A stretch of DNA of 64,000 nucleotides, from positions 1-64,000 of IMG/VR virus record IMGVR_UViG_3300036790_000386; one strand, given 5' to 3'. Source of the stretch: a virus. Positions within the stretch are counted from its first letter, which is position 1. The number at the start of each line of letters is the position of its first letter. This document shows positions 1 to 9,080 of the stretch, piece after piece. A program made the translations under genes and the position numbers. The notes beneath the pieces were generated by a model. The model saw only the letters and a program-made list of their open reading frames with translations. It had not been told where the DNA came from and ran no database searches.

Positions 1-759
1 GGAGCCGATAAAAAGGAAACATTTGAGCGATTAATTAAAGAAGGCAAGCTTGGCTATTTTGCCCTCATCCGCAATCTGCGCAACATGAGCGAAGCACATT
101 GTGATTTTTCTTTGGTTCATGAAGCAATTCTCGCTCGTAAAAATGGAGCAGATAAGCTTCTACCATTTCGCTTCATCGCAGCTGCTCAACATGCACCTGA
201 ATTTGCTCTCGCTCTAAGCACTGCGATGCAAGAGTCAGTAGCTGAGTTGCCAACTTTTACAGGTAAAACAACAGTCCTAATTGATGTATCAGGTTCCATG
301 GATGGAAAGCTTTCAGCCAAGTCTGATATGACACGTCTATTAGCGGCAGCTGGTCTTGGTGTTCTTATTAAGTCTGATTTCAAGCGTGTTTTCACTTTTT
401 CGCAGGAACTTGTTGAAGTAGCTGCTTATGATGGTTTGGCTGGTGTTCGTGAAATTTCTGAATCTCAACGACACGGTGGCACAGCACTCTTTCAAGCTGT
501 CTCTCAACTCAACTCATCTATTGAATATGACCGCCTAATTATCATTACAGATGAACAAGCCACAATCAACCCATACCCAGGATTTCCGTGGCAAACAACG
601 CATAATAACAGGTTGCCCGATCCACACCCAAATTCCAAAGGCTACATGATCAACGTAGCTTCCGCTAAACATGGTGTTGGTTACAATAAATGGATTCATC
701 TTGATGGATTTTCTGAATCTGTTATTCGTTGGATTTATGAAACTGAAAACTTCGTCTAA
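1..759 (+). CDS. Ro60/TROVE-vWA RNA-binding protein (5' end outside window)
   Basis: Frame is open from base 1 (GADKKETFERLIKEGKLGYFALIRNLRNM, TROVE signature). It also has LLPFRF, the MIDAS motif DVSGSM, GGTAL, IIITDEQ and C-terminal DGFSE. Confidence 0.88.
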   Translation, partial: GADKKETFERLIKEGKLGYFALIRNLRNMSEAHCDFSLVHEAILARKNGADKLLPFRFIAAAQHAPEFALALSTAMQESVAELPTFTGKTTVLIDVSGSMDGKLSAKSDMTRLLAAAGLGVLIKSDFKRVFTFSQELVEVAAYDGLAGVREISESQRHGGTALFQAVSQLNSSIEYDRLIIITDEQATINPYPGFPWQTTHNNRLPDPHPNSKGYMINVASAKHGVGYNKWIHLDGFSESVIRWIYETENFV

Positions 760-810
760 TTTTAGCTTAACCTTTAACAAAAGGTTTATTTAGAGTTGAG
801 AACCGATTAA

Positions 811-1239
811 ATGGTAAAGATTTCCATATTTGACATTACATTTAATGCTCCAGATAAAAAACTTGCTGGAGATATCATCAATGCTCAAGATGCTAAGGTT
901 CTCAATTTTATGTGGCGGAAAGGCGCAGCTAAAGCCTTAAAAGTCTATGCAGAAAATCACCCTTCCGCTACCGAAGTTGACTTTCAAATACAACTCCCTC
1001 ACATTCCTCTCAATTTCACCCTTTCTGACATCGAAATCGAAAACGAAGCCATTAACATCGCATACGAAACAATAGCAACAAGATTGCGCAATGATGGCCT
1101 GCCAGTCCCGCCGGGTATATTAACCCACGCAAGAGAACTGGCCTCAATATCCCTCCCCATCCAACAACAAGCTAAAAGAAAAGTTCTAGCACGTTATACT
1201 GTAGTCAATTCTATTCTACAGGTTTTAAACGGAGGCTGA
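811..1239 (+). CDS. hypothetical protein
   Basis: 142 aa ORF in a tightly packed + strand run. Confidence 0.6.
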   Translation: MVKISIFDITFNAPDKKLAGDIINAQDAKVLNFMWRKGAAKALKVYAENHPSATEVDFQIQLPHIPLNFTLSDIEIENEAINIAYETIATRLRNDGLPVPPGILTHARELASISLPIQQQAKRKVLARYTVVNSILQVLNGG

Positions 1240-1243
1240 AGTC

Positions 1244-1528
1244 ATGAGCTTACTTCTTCAACAAGCAACTGCAATTCTAGAAGCGGCTTGTGACGCCAAA
1301 ATTGGCATGATTGTTAAATTCGATTTTACAGATTCACCAAAACTTTCTCTCTATCAAGTCACCAGATATCTTTATAAAGTAAGAAAAGAATTAAACCTGC
1401 CATTTATCATGATGAGAGCCTCGCCAGATAATCCTGACACTGAAATGTGGCTTTTCAAAACAAAAGAAGAACACGAGGCGCCAAAAAAGACACCAACAAA
1501 AGAATTAAATATAAACGATATAGAATAA
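1244..1528 (+). CDS. hypothetical protein
   Basis: 94 aa ORF with GGAGG RBS upstream. Confidence 0.65.
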   Translation: MSLLLQQATAILEAACDAKIGMIVKFDFTDSPKLSLYQVTRYLYKVRKELNLPFIMMRASPDNPDTEMWLFKTKEEHEAPKKTPTKELNINDIE

Positions 1529-1541
1529 AAGGTAATTAAAA

Positions 1542-1739
1542 ATGCCTAAAATTAGTGATGAACCATTACTTCGTATGCAAGTCCGTATTTTCAAGCGAGA
1601 TAAAAATCGTTTAGATAATCTTTTCAAAGATAATATTGGCTTAAACGAAGGTATTAGAAAAATCATTCGACTCTTTCTTAATCAAAGTGAAGAAAAAATT
1701 AGACAAATCATCGATAGCATTGATTTAGAGGATCTTTAG
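1542..1739 (+). CDS. small protein, possible ribbon-helix-helix DNA-binding protein
   Basis: Alternating strand MQVRIF followed by two helices; 65 aa. Confidence 0.45.
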   Translation: MPKISDEPLLRMQVRIFKRDKNRLDNLFKDNIGLNEGIRKIIRLFLNQSEEKIRQIIDSIDLEDL

Positions 1740-1814
1740 ATGCTTGGATTTTGGATTTTTGTGTGCGTATGCATATTTTATTTTAAGCTGAAATAATTTC
1801 AGGAGCTTTTAATT

Positions 1815-2156
1815 ATGTCGGATGAAGAAATTAGATCAGAACTAAGTTTAGTTGATGATCAAATATCGGTTGATAATTCACCTCTGCTCCAAGCTGACCC
1901 AAAAGCGCTCGATGAACTATTTTCGCGCATAGATAAAAGCCTTAAATTAGATCAAATCCCAGACTCTGATACCATTGATCAAGTAGTCATGGTTCTACGC
2001 CGCCAGCGAGCTAAATTTATCTCTGAAGAAGCCATTAAAGTTCCCGGCACTAGAGGTAGGGGCAATAGCACAAAAGTCGGTGAAGCAGCAACTAAAGTCA
2101 GAAGCAATAAAACCGTTAAAAGCGTTAAAGAAGCTCTTTCATTGGATGATCTATAA
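1815..2156 (+). CDS. hypothetical protein
   Basis: AGGAG RBS; 113 aa; ends LSLDDL. Confidence 0.65.
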   Translation: MSDEEIRSELSLVDDQISVDNSPLLQADPKALDELFSRIDKSLKLDQIPDSDTIDQVVMVLRRQRAKFISEEAIKVPGTRGRGNSTKVGEAATKVRSNKTVKSVKEALSLDDL

Positions 2157-2419
2157 TGACCGAATATAAACCAGTCGCTGAAGATTTCAGTTCTATCGCC
2201 AAGGCTCTTAAAGAAATTGAAGCTGAGAAGACAAAACAATTCAGTCAAACAGAAACAGAAACACAAACCAGCCTATGCTTTGTATGCAACGGAACTAAAT
2301 TCATAAATAGAGGCTACCCTCCAACGCCTTGTGAAGCTTGTACAGGCAAAGAAAAAGAAGAAAAATGGGACAATTGCTATGATGGCATTTGTTTCAAAAC
2401 TACCACTCACGTTCCGTAG
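2156..2419 (+). CDS. small Zn-ribbon protein (paralog of 15990..16193)
   Basis: CFVC...CEAC; N-terminal PVAEDFSSIAKALKEIE. Confidence 0.6.
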   Translation: MTEYKPVAEDFSSIAKALKEIEAEKTKQFSQTETETQTSLCFVCNGTKFINRGYPPTPCEACTGKEKEEKWDNCYDGICFKTTTHVP

Positions 2420-2449
2420 CTTTAGAGTTAAACACCCATAGAGGTCAAT

Positions 2450-2698
2450 ATGACCAAGTTTATTTTGCAAGTTGGCGAACCTCCAACCAGCCCAGAATCT
2501 AGAGGCAAAGAATCCAAAGTAGGATATGTCGATCTTTATTCTGGTGACTGTTTGCGCATTAACAACGAAGTTCTATTTGTTCAAAATATTGGTTATGATC
2601 CAGCAATTGGAAAAGTAACTCTAACAGTTGAACGTAAACCAGTTGCAACTTTAAAACAATTCTGGACCAGTTTATTTAAGGTAAAAAATGAAACTTAA
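2450..2698 (+). CDS. hypothetical protein
   Basis: GAGG RBS; overlaps next gene. Confidence 0.55.
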   Translation: MTKFILQVGEPPTSPESRGKESKVGYVDLYSGDCLRINNEVLFVQNIGYDPAIGKVTLTVERKPVATLKQFWTSLFKVKNET

Positions 2699-2930
2699 AT
2701 ATTTACCAAGAACACTTGAAACTAAATTGAGTTATTTAGTAGAAGAGTGTGGTGAAGTTCTTGCTGCTGTCGGAAAAACTCAGCGTTGGACTTTATTCAG
2801 CGTAAACCCAGAGCCAGGAGCTAGCAAAGAAACTAATGCTGATTGGATTCTCAGGGAACTTGATGATTTAGAGTTAGCTATATCATTAGCTCGCTCTGCT
2901 ATAAATGAAGCAAAAAATGACAAGCGCTGA
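2688..2930 (+). CDS. MazG-like NTP pyrophosphohydrolase (short form)
   Basis: EECGEV...RELDDL acidic helix pair. Confidence 0.6.
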   Translation: MKLKYLPRTLETKLSYLVEECGEVLAAVGKTQRWTLFSVNPEPGASKETNADWILRELDDLELAISLARSAINEAKNDKR

Positions 2931-3867
2931 AATAACCCTTAACAACAAAGCCTTCTCAAAAACTTTACCTTTTTTACAGGTTGCTTGGGACAGTAGTTCT
3001 TTAGGTGCTCTGAAAACTTGCGCTCGCTACTACTTCTATAACATCATACACGGCTACCAGCGCAAAGCTGAAAATGTTCATTTAATTTTCGGTTCTCTGC
3101 TTCACACCGCTCTAGAACAATACGAACATCAAAAATCTGCCGGCCAACTTCATAATGAAGCAGTCAAACATACTGTCCGCCTGATGTTTGAGATGACTTT
3201 TGATAAAACAATTAAACGTCCATGGTTTTCTGATGAACCAACAAAGAATCGCGAAACTTTAATTCGCACTGTTGTTTGGTATCTCGATAAATTTGAACGT
3301 GATCCGATGAAAACGGTGCAGCTTGCCAACGGCAAAGCCGCTGTTGAACTCAGTTTTAGACACGAAATAGATTTAAGCTCCGAAATCACAGGCGAAAATT
3401 ACATGCTTTGTGGTCACTTAGATCGTGTTGTGGAATGGCAAGACGCAATCTTCGGATGCGATCACAAAACAACTAAATCTGGGATTTACCAAGATTTTTT
3501 TGAAAAATTTTCTCCCGATAACCAGATGACTTTATATATATTTTCTGGACAAGTTGTGCTTGAATTACCAATCAAAGGTATGGTTATTGATGGTATTCAA
3601 GTAGGAGCAACATTCGCCCGCTTCCAGCGAGGGGTCACAACAAGAACAAAGTCTCAGCTAGAAGAATGGTATAAAGATCTTGGATTTTGGCTTCGACAAG
3701 CTGAAGTATTTGCCGAAGAAGAACATTACCCTATGAATGAAAAATCTTGCAGCAATTTCGGCGGATGTCCCTTTAGAGAAGTTTGCAGTGTTTCACCGGA
3801 ATCAAGGCAATCTCTACTGGATCATCTTTACACCAAACGCATTTGGGACCCCCTAACCCCACGCTAA
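2905..3867 (+). CDS. PD-(D/E)XK exonuclease, Cas4/RecB-like with Fe-S cysteines
   Basis: CARYY, FGSLLHTALE, GHLDRV, DHKTT, QMTLY, C-terminal CxxxxxCPFREVC. Confidence 0.85.
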   Translation: MKQKMTSAEITLNNKAFSKTLPFLQVAWDSSSLGALKTCARYYFYNIIHGYQRKAENVHLIFGSLLHTALEQYEHQKSAGQLHNEAVKHTVRLMFEMTFDKTIKRPWFSDEPTKNRETLIRTVVWYLDKFERDPMKTVQLANGKAAVELSFRHEIDLSSEITGENYMLCGHLDRVVEWQDAIFGCDHKTTKSGIYQDFFEKFSPDNQMTLYIFSGQVVLELPIKGMVIDGIQVGATFARFQRGVTTRTKSQLEEWYKDLGFWLRQAEVFAEEEHYPMNEKSCSNFGGCPFREVCSVSPESRQSLLDHLYTKRIWDPLTPR

Positions 3868-3905
3868 AAATAAATAAAATTTTTATTGTTTAAGGATAAC
3901 TAAAA

Positions 3906-4199
3906 TTGCCCTATATCAAACAAGAAAAGCGTAATCAAATTGACGATGATTTGGAGTCTCTAATAGAAACTATCCGTACTAATTCAACCAACACAGATGT
4001 AGCAGGAAATCTAAATTACACAATCACAAAACTTCTACTGAAAACCTACAGCATTCCAGAAAACCAAAACTACAGAATTTACAATGAAATGGTCGGTATT
4101 CTAGAATGCATTAAACTCGAACTTTATTCGATGTTTGTTTCACCCTACGAAGACAAGAAGATCAAAGAAAATGGACCAGTTATCCCAACTACAGAATGA
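3906..4199 (+). CDS. conserved phage protein (DUF6899-like)
   Basis: MPYIKQE..GNLNYTIT..GILECIKLELY..PYEDKKIKENG; TTG start after AAGGA. Confidence 0.7.
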   Translation: MPYIKQEKRNQIDDDLESLIETIRTNSTNTDVAGNLNYTITKLLLKTYSIPENQNYRIYNEMVGILECIKLELYSMFVSPYEDKKIKENGPVIPTTE

Positions 4200-4395
4200 A
4201 AAAATCAGAGTTGTAGCAACCTACCAAGAGCAATCCACTTTCAATACAGACCTCACGTGGAACTATAGATTGCTTTCAGATGGTGTCTGTGAAGTTTGGT
4301 CACAGGCATGCAGAAGGTGGTTCCATTATAATTTCACGCGCGCGTTGCGCGCCTCGCCGCCTTCGGCGGCTCGCACAAACACAAAGAAAAAATAA
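4171..4395 (+). CDS. hypothetical protein whose 3' end is formed by repeat copy 1
   Basis: In-frame ATG at 4171 within ORF 4135..4395; the tail NFTRALRASPPSAARTNTKKK is read through the repeat. Confidence 0.4.
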   Translation: MDQLSQLQNEKIRVVATYQEQSTFNTDLTWNYRLLSDGVCEVWSQACRRWFHYNFTRALRASPPSAARTNTKKK

Positions 4396-4416
4396 AACTT
4401 TATTACACCAGGCCCC
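4326..4416 (+). repeat. twin-hairpin dispersed element, copy 1
   Basis: TTCAC-GCGCGC-gtt-GCGCGC-CTC-GCCGCC-ttc-GGCGGC-TCGCACAAACACAAA-15 nt-TATTACACCAGGCCCC. Confidence 0.97.
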
Positions 4417-4419
4417 AAC

Positions 4420-4614
4420 ATGTCAAATAAGCGAAGGTTAGCTTTAAATAACGGCGATCGTGTCAAACACACAAAAACTAAAGCTGTCGGCACTTACACT
4501 GGAATGAAATCTTTTGTCATCGGTGAAAAGCGCAGCAATCGTTGGTGGATAGTGTGGGACGGTGAAGTTCAACTAAGGTCTCATACTCAAGATGAACTCG
4601 AACGAATCAAGTGA
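4420..4614 (+). CDS. small SH3/KOW-like basic protein
   Basis: GDRVKH...VGT...WIVWDG pattern. Confidence 0.5.
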   Translation: MSNKRRLALNNGDRVKHTKTKAVGTYTGMKSFVIGEKRSNRWWIVWDGEVQLRSHTQDELERIK

Positions 4615-4787
4615 GACGCATTGCTGAATTTGAGTGTTTAAATTGTCACTATAAATGGCAACAACCAGCCGGCCCAACACAATGTGCAAGGTGCGGTCAT
4701 CTCTATATTAAATGGATAAATTACAATGAAGCAAAGCCAGAATTACCTAAAGGAAGCCTTTCAAGCTTTGTTAGCTGGCGACACTGA
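4611..4787 (+). CDS. small Zn-ribbon protein (not in ORF track)
   Basis: GTG start overlaps the previous stop; FECLNCHYKW...CARCGHLYIKW. Confidence 0.55.
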   Translation: MRRIAEFECLNCHYKWQQPAGPTQCARCGHLYIKWINYNEAKPELPKGSLSSFVSWRH

Positions 4788-4938
4788 TAAGAGAGATGAT
4801 CTGTGCGCGAAATCAAAACTTGCACAAGAAGCGGAACTAAAGGCAGAGGCAATAGCTATAATTTTATCTATAGATTTTTATGTTTACGCAGATGGCACTG
4901 CAATCATAACAAAAGAAATGTATGCCGCGGCTCATTAG
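4726..4938 (+). CDS. hypothetical protein
   Basis: 70 aa helical ORF. Confidence 0.5.
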   Translation: MKQSQNYLKEAFQALLAGDTDKRDDLCAKSKLAQEAELKAEAIAIILSIDFYVYADGTAIITKEMYAAAH

Positions 4939-4970
4939 GCAGAGAATTAAAAAATTAAAGGAAACTAATA

Positions 4971-5402
4971 ATGTCTGATAAAGAAATACCTATCAAACAA
5001 TACCAGGCCGAAGCTGAAGCAACAAAATCCAACATGTTTATTGTCCCCGGCCATGATAATGTATTGTATAGCCTTCCGATTGATGTTCTCCACGCAGCTT
5101 TTGGCCTGTCCACAGAAGCAAATGAAGTTCTTGATATAGCCAAGAAAGCTATGTTTTATGGTAAAGTTATCGATTGGGTCCACATGGATGAAGAAGTTGG
5201 TGATATACTTTGGTATGTTGCTATCTACTGCAATTCTAGGGGTAAAACTTTCGAGGAACTTTGCAAGACAAATAACACCAAACTGAAGACTCGTTTTCCA
5301 GACAAGTTTACACAGTTTCACGCAATTAATCGTCAGTTAGATATTGAGCGAGAGGTTCTTGAAGAATTAAGTGCCACTGCTGAAGATGTTAAGGGCCAAT
5401 GA
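4971..5402 (+). CDS. mazG: MazG-like nucleotide pyrophosphohydrolase
   Basis: GLSTEANEVLD..KK..EEVGDILWY..NNTKLKTRFP. Confidence 0.88.
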   Translation: MSDKEIPIKQYQAEAEATKSNMFIVPGHDNVLYSLPIDVLHAAFGLSTEANEVLDIAKKAMFYGKVIDWVHMDEEVGDILWYVAIYCNSRGKTFEELCKTNNTKLKTRFPDKFTQFHAINRQLDIEREVLEELSATAEDVKGQ

Positions 5403-5415
5403 AGATAGATCGTTA

Positions 5416-5500
5416 GGGCCTGGTGTAATAAATCTTAATTCTTCTTTGTGTTTGTGCGAGCCGCCGAAGGCGGCGAGGCGCGCAACGCGCGCGGGAAACT
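5416..5500 (-). repeat. twin-hairpin dispersed element, copy 2 (inverted)
   Basis: Reverse complement is identical over 85 bp to 51302..51386. Confidence 0.97.
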
Positions 5501-5514
5501 AAAAGGTAAATCAA

Positions 5515-6507
5515 ATGGCCGATGATATTAAACCAGAAGATACTATTCCATCATTAGGCTTTTTGGACGAGATTGAAACATCGCCAGTTAAAGCATTGTT
5601 GTTGGGTGATAGTGGACTTGGTAAAACTGGCGCAATGGCTTCGTTAGTTTGTGCTGGTTATAAGCTCTATATCTTGGACTTTGATATGGGCACGCCGATT
5701 TTAAGAAATGCTCTTGGCAGTTCGCGCTCTCCTTATGCTCAGTATTGCAAAGCTAAAAATATCAATGTTAATGATCATGTGTTTTCGTTACAATTGACTG
5801 AAAAGATGAAAGTGATGGGTGGTAAGCCAACACCTGTTTCTGCTCAAGTCTGGACAAAAGCTGGAAATGCTCTTGAAAATTTTAAAGTAGGTGATCGTAA
5901 ACTTGGCAATATTGGAGAATGGGGACAAGACGTAATTCTTGTTATCGATTCTTTTACCACATTGGGTTTTGCTGCTCTTTGGAATGTACAAGCGATGAAC
6001 AATCGTCTTGGTGCTGATTTCAGTGGCTATGATTGGCAACGTGATGTTGGACAAGCTCAGAATATGATGGAACGCTTGTTGCAGCTTCTTTATTCAAAAG
6101 CAGTTGGGTGCAATGTACTTGTTATTAGTCATATCACTTTTGTTGATGATTCTAAAGGCGTCGCTACTGCTCCTTCTCGTGACCCAGACGCCCCGAATAT
6201 TCAAGTTCGTGGCTATCCTTCTGCTATTGGTCGCTCCCTTAGCCAACGTGTTGGACGCTATTTCAATGATAGTTTCCAATTAGAGATGGTAGGTCATGGT
6301 CCAACAGCAAGAAGGTATATCTATACGCTTCCTCCATCAAATGTTTTGGTTAAATCTTCTGCTCCATTTACGTTGAAGCCGAAGTACACAATTGAAACTG
6401 GTTTAGCTGAAATTTTCGCAGGATTGAGAGGTCAGCCTGAACCAGAGGATTTAATTAGAACTTCTGAGCGTGAAGTGTGGTACAAAGCCACCCGACAGAA
6501 GGACTAA
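5515..6507 (+). CDS. Sak4-like (AAA_24) P-loop ATPase / ssDNA annealing protein
   Basis: Walker A GDSGLGKT, Walker B LVIDSFT, VLVISH; lies near the exonuclease and SSB-like gene. Confidence 0.78.
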   Translation: MADDIKPEDTIPSLGFLDEIETSPVKALLLGDSGLGKTGAMASLVCAGYKLYILDFDMGTPILRNALGSSRSPYAQYCKAKNINVNDHVFSLQLTEKMKVMGGKPTPVSAQVWTKAGNALENFKVGDRKLGNIGEWGQDVILVIDSFTTLGFAALWNVQAMNNRLGADFSGYDWQRDVGQAQNMMERLLQLLYSKAVGCNVLVISHITFVDDSKGVATAPSRDPDAPNIQVRGYPSAIGRSLSQRVGRYFNDSFQLEMVGHGPTARRYIYTLPPSNVLVKSSAPFTLKPKYTIETGLAEIFAGLRGQPEPEDLIRTSEREVWYKATRQKD

Positions 6508-6637
6508 CGATATCAAACTTCTATGAGAGTTTGATTTTAAGCAACTTTAATCCAGGAGATAAAAATGTAAACGAACCGGCTACGCAAATAATTTAATTTC
6601 TTTTTAAGCCTTTTTAATCAAGTGAGCAAATTAAATC

Positions 6638-7072
6638 ATGCCACCAGTAAATGTTTCTGATCTTCTTCGTCAACCAACCGACAAAGCTGAACGTCCTGCA
6701 CTTCTCCCAGATGGTCATTTTACAGGCACAATTCTGCGTCATGAATTTGACAAGAGCCGTCAGAAGAAGACTCCACTGGTTCGTTTCTTTTTGAATCCAA
6801 CTGGTGTTTCGACTGATCTGACTGAAGAGGATATCGAGGGAATCAACCTTAAGACTCTTGAACTTCGGCTTGAATTTTATTTGACACCGAAGTCCATGTA
6901 TCGTTTGGCTGATTTTTTGGATGGTGTTCTTGGCGAAGGGAGCGGTGAAGGCTATGATGAGCGGCTTCCTGAGACTAACGGTGCTAATGTCATTTTTGGC
7001 GTGCGTCAGCGTCTTAATGACGAAGGTAAGCCTATCGGCAACGAAGTTACAACCGTTGTTGGTGAAAATTAA
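6638..7072 (+). CDS. SSB-like OB-fold protein (DUF669-like)
   Basis: LLPDGHFTGTI..EFDKS..KTP pattern; directly follows Sak4-like gene. Confidence 0.55.
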   Translation: MPPVNVSDLLRQPTDKAERPALLPDGHFTGTILRHEFDKSRQKKTPLVRFFLNPTGVSTDLTEEDIEGINLKTLELRLEFYLTPKSMYRLADFLDGVLGEGSGEGYDERLPETNGANVIFGVRQRLNDEGKPIGNEVTTVVGEN

Positions 7073-7084
7073 CTGACTAAACTG

Positions 7085-7115
7085 GAGGGGGAGATTAAAC
7101 TCTCTCCCTCTTTTT
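7085..7115 (+). terminator. Rho-independent terminator
   Basis: GAGGGGGAGA-ttaaac-TCTCTCCCTC followed by a T run. Confidence 0.8.
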
Positions 7116-7145
7116 AGCTTTAGATAGTTTACTAGAATATTTTGA

Positions 7146-7266
7146 ATAGAAGTTTCATTAATTCAAAGAAAAATTACAATTGGATTTTATGGAAATGGAA
7201 AGAAAGCTATTTTAGCTTACAATGAGTTAGCTTAGTGGCTTTTTGGGAATAAAGTACCATATAATA
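7146..7266 (+). pseudogene. remnant of AP2 domain (HNH-AP2 endonuclease C-terminus)
   Basis: Reads RKITIGFYGNGKKAILAYNELA*WLFGNKVPYN with an in-frame TAG. Confidence 0.5.
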
Positions 7267-7278
7267 AGGTAGCTTTCA

Positions 7279-8775
7279 ATGAAAGTGATTAGTGAAATTT
7301 TTCTATTGGAGCCAACTTTAGTTATAGTTGAAGATCGTCAACGTTCAGTTTTGAATAAAGAGTCTTTGGCTGAATTAAAAGATAGTATTGCACTTTATGG
7401 TGTTTTGTCTCCTATCGTAGTTCGACAATCTGTTAATGGTCCGGTTTTGATTTTTGGTTTGCATAGATTAACAGCTTGTCTTGAGCTTGGTATTTCTGTT
7501 CCTGCTTTTTATTTTGAATCTCTTTCTATTATTGATGCTAAGGTTTTAGAATTAACTGAAAATATTAAGCGCTCTGATTTAAGTTGGATAGATAAAGTTA
7601 AAGCGATTGGCGAAATTCATGCTCTGCATAAAGCTGAAGATAAGAATTGGAACAATACAGCTACTGCAAAAGAGCTAAGCCTGAGTAACACATATATTGG
7701 ACAGGTATTGACTGTATACCCGTTTTTAGGGTCGAAAAAGCTAGAAGCGGCCACTAGCATCACCCATGCATTTAACATCCTTTCTCGTTTAGCTGACAGG
7801 CAGGCTGCGGCAATTGTAGGCGAGATGATAGGGGTATCAAATGATTTCTTTAAAGAAGAGACTGAACGGCCAATATCAATAGAAACTGACAGTGCAGGAA
7901 GTGAGAAATCTACAGAAGTATTATCACTCGCTACTGGAATTTCAAAAAATGATTTTATTGGAGTTCAAGTTTCGAGTAGTAATCGGTCTGTTAAAGTTAA
8001 TGTGTCTAAGGCTGTTTCAACTAAAAATGAAGAACGCAAGTCTGTGCCTGTTCCGCATACTAAGGGTGCTATTTTAAATGAAAGTTTTTTAGAATGGGCG
8101 ACAACATATAGTGGCAGTAAATTTACGCTTGTTCATTGTGACTTTCCTTATGGAGTTTTCCATGGGGCTAATGCTGCTGGCGGGTTTGGTTCTACTTTCG
8201 ATGGTACTGCTAACAGTCAAGAAGCTTTGTATGAGAACACTCAAAAGATTTATTACGATTTACTGGACTCTTTTGTTGTTAATTTTGATAAGTTTGCTTC
8301 TTACAGTTGTCATGTTATCTTTTGGTTTTCGATGAATTTTTATGAAGAAACTAAAGAGAAATTGGAATCAATTGGATTGAGAGTTCAACCTCATCCGTTT
8401 ATTTGGCACAAGAGTGATTCAAAAGGCGTTTCACCTTGGCCTCATGGGCCTAAAAAAATTTATGATACAGCTTTTATTTGCTCGCGCGGTGACAGACAAA
8501 TGATTAAGCAAGGTACTAATGCTTATTCTGGTCCCACGCCTACTAATAAGATTCACCCATCTGAAAAATCAGAAGCTATGTTGAAGTATTTTTTATCAAG
8601 TTACATTGATGAAACAACAACGGTATTTGATCCAACGTGTGGATCAGGAGTTGCACTTCGTGCGGCTGAAGATTTAGGTGCTAAAGAAATGTTAGGGTTA
8701 GAGATTAATTCTGAATATGCTGTTGCTGCAAATCATGCGATGTTGAAAGCAAGGGCATTAAGAAAATTGAAATGA
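7279..8775 (+). CDS. ParB-like N-terminal domain fused to N6A/N4C DNA methyltransferase
   Basis: LKDSIALYGVLSPIVVR..GLHRLTA..ENIKRSDL, then CDFPYG, HPSEKS, FDPTCGSG. Confidence 0.85.
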   Translation: MKVISEIFLLEPTLVIVEDRQRSVLNKESLAELKDSIALYGVLSPIVVRQSVNGPVLIFGLHRLTACLELGISVPAFYFESLSIIDAKVLELTENIKRSDLSWIDKVKAIGEIHALHKAEDKNWNNTATAKELSLSNTYIGQVLTVYPFLGSKKLEAATSITHAFNILSRLADRQAAAIVGEMIGVSNDFFKEETERPISIETDSAGSEKSTEVLSLATGISKNDFIGVQVSSSNRSVKVNVSKAVSTKNEERKSVPVPHTKGAILNESFLEWATTYSGSKFTLVHCDFPYGVFHGANAAGGFGSTFDGTANSQEALYENTQKIYYDLLDSFVVNFDKFASYSCHVIFWFSMNFYEETKEKLESIGLRVQPHPFIWHKSDSKGVSPWPHGPKKIYDTAFICSRGDRQMIKQGTNAYSGPTPTNKIHPSEKSEAMLKYFLSSYIDETTTVFDPTCGSGVALRAAEDLGAKEMLGLEINSEYAVAANHAMLKARALRKLK

Positions 8776-9041
8776 AAATTGAAATGAAAATCGAAGATGT
8801 AGTGCCGTTAGGGTATGTTATTGAATTAGAAGGTAAACGACTTGTTTTTGTTGGAAAACTTCCAGGTAATATTCTTAATAGCTATTATGTTGGTTTTAGG
8901 AACTTTGAAGGCAGTGATACTAAACTTAAGCTTTCAAAAGAAGCTATGGAAGCGCTTATTCAACTTTACTCTAAGCTTGAAGCAGCACCTGGTACTGATC
9001 CTTTTCCTGAAAGAGAGAGTTGGGCTGTTGTGGAAGAATGA
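8772..9041 (+). CDS. hypothetical protein
   Basis: ATGA overlap with upstream gene. Confidence 0.6.
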   Translation: MKIEMKIEDVVPLGYVIELEGKRLVFVGKLPGNILNSYYVGFRNFEGSDTKLKLSKEAMEALIQLYSKLEAAPGTDPFPERESWAVVEE

Positions 9042-9080
9042 TTTTAAATATAAATTTGTATCAAGAAGGGAATAAAAGCT

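Noticed and set aside
2905-3867. Cas4-like nuclease as part of a CRISPR system
   Set aside because: No other cas genes or array. Its context (Sak4-like, SSB-like) fits phage recombination.
4356-4370. cUUCGg RNA tetraloop in stem 2
   Set aside because: The tetraloop register gives a C-C mismatch at the next pair. Only the triloop register pairs fully, and the variant copies do not keep UUCG.
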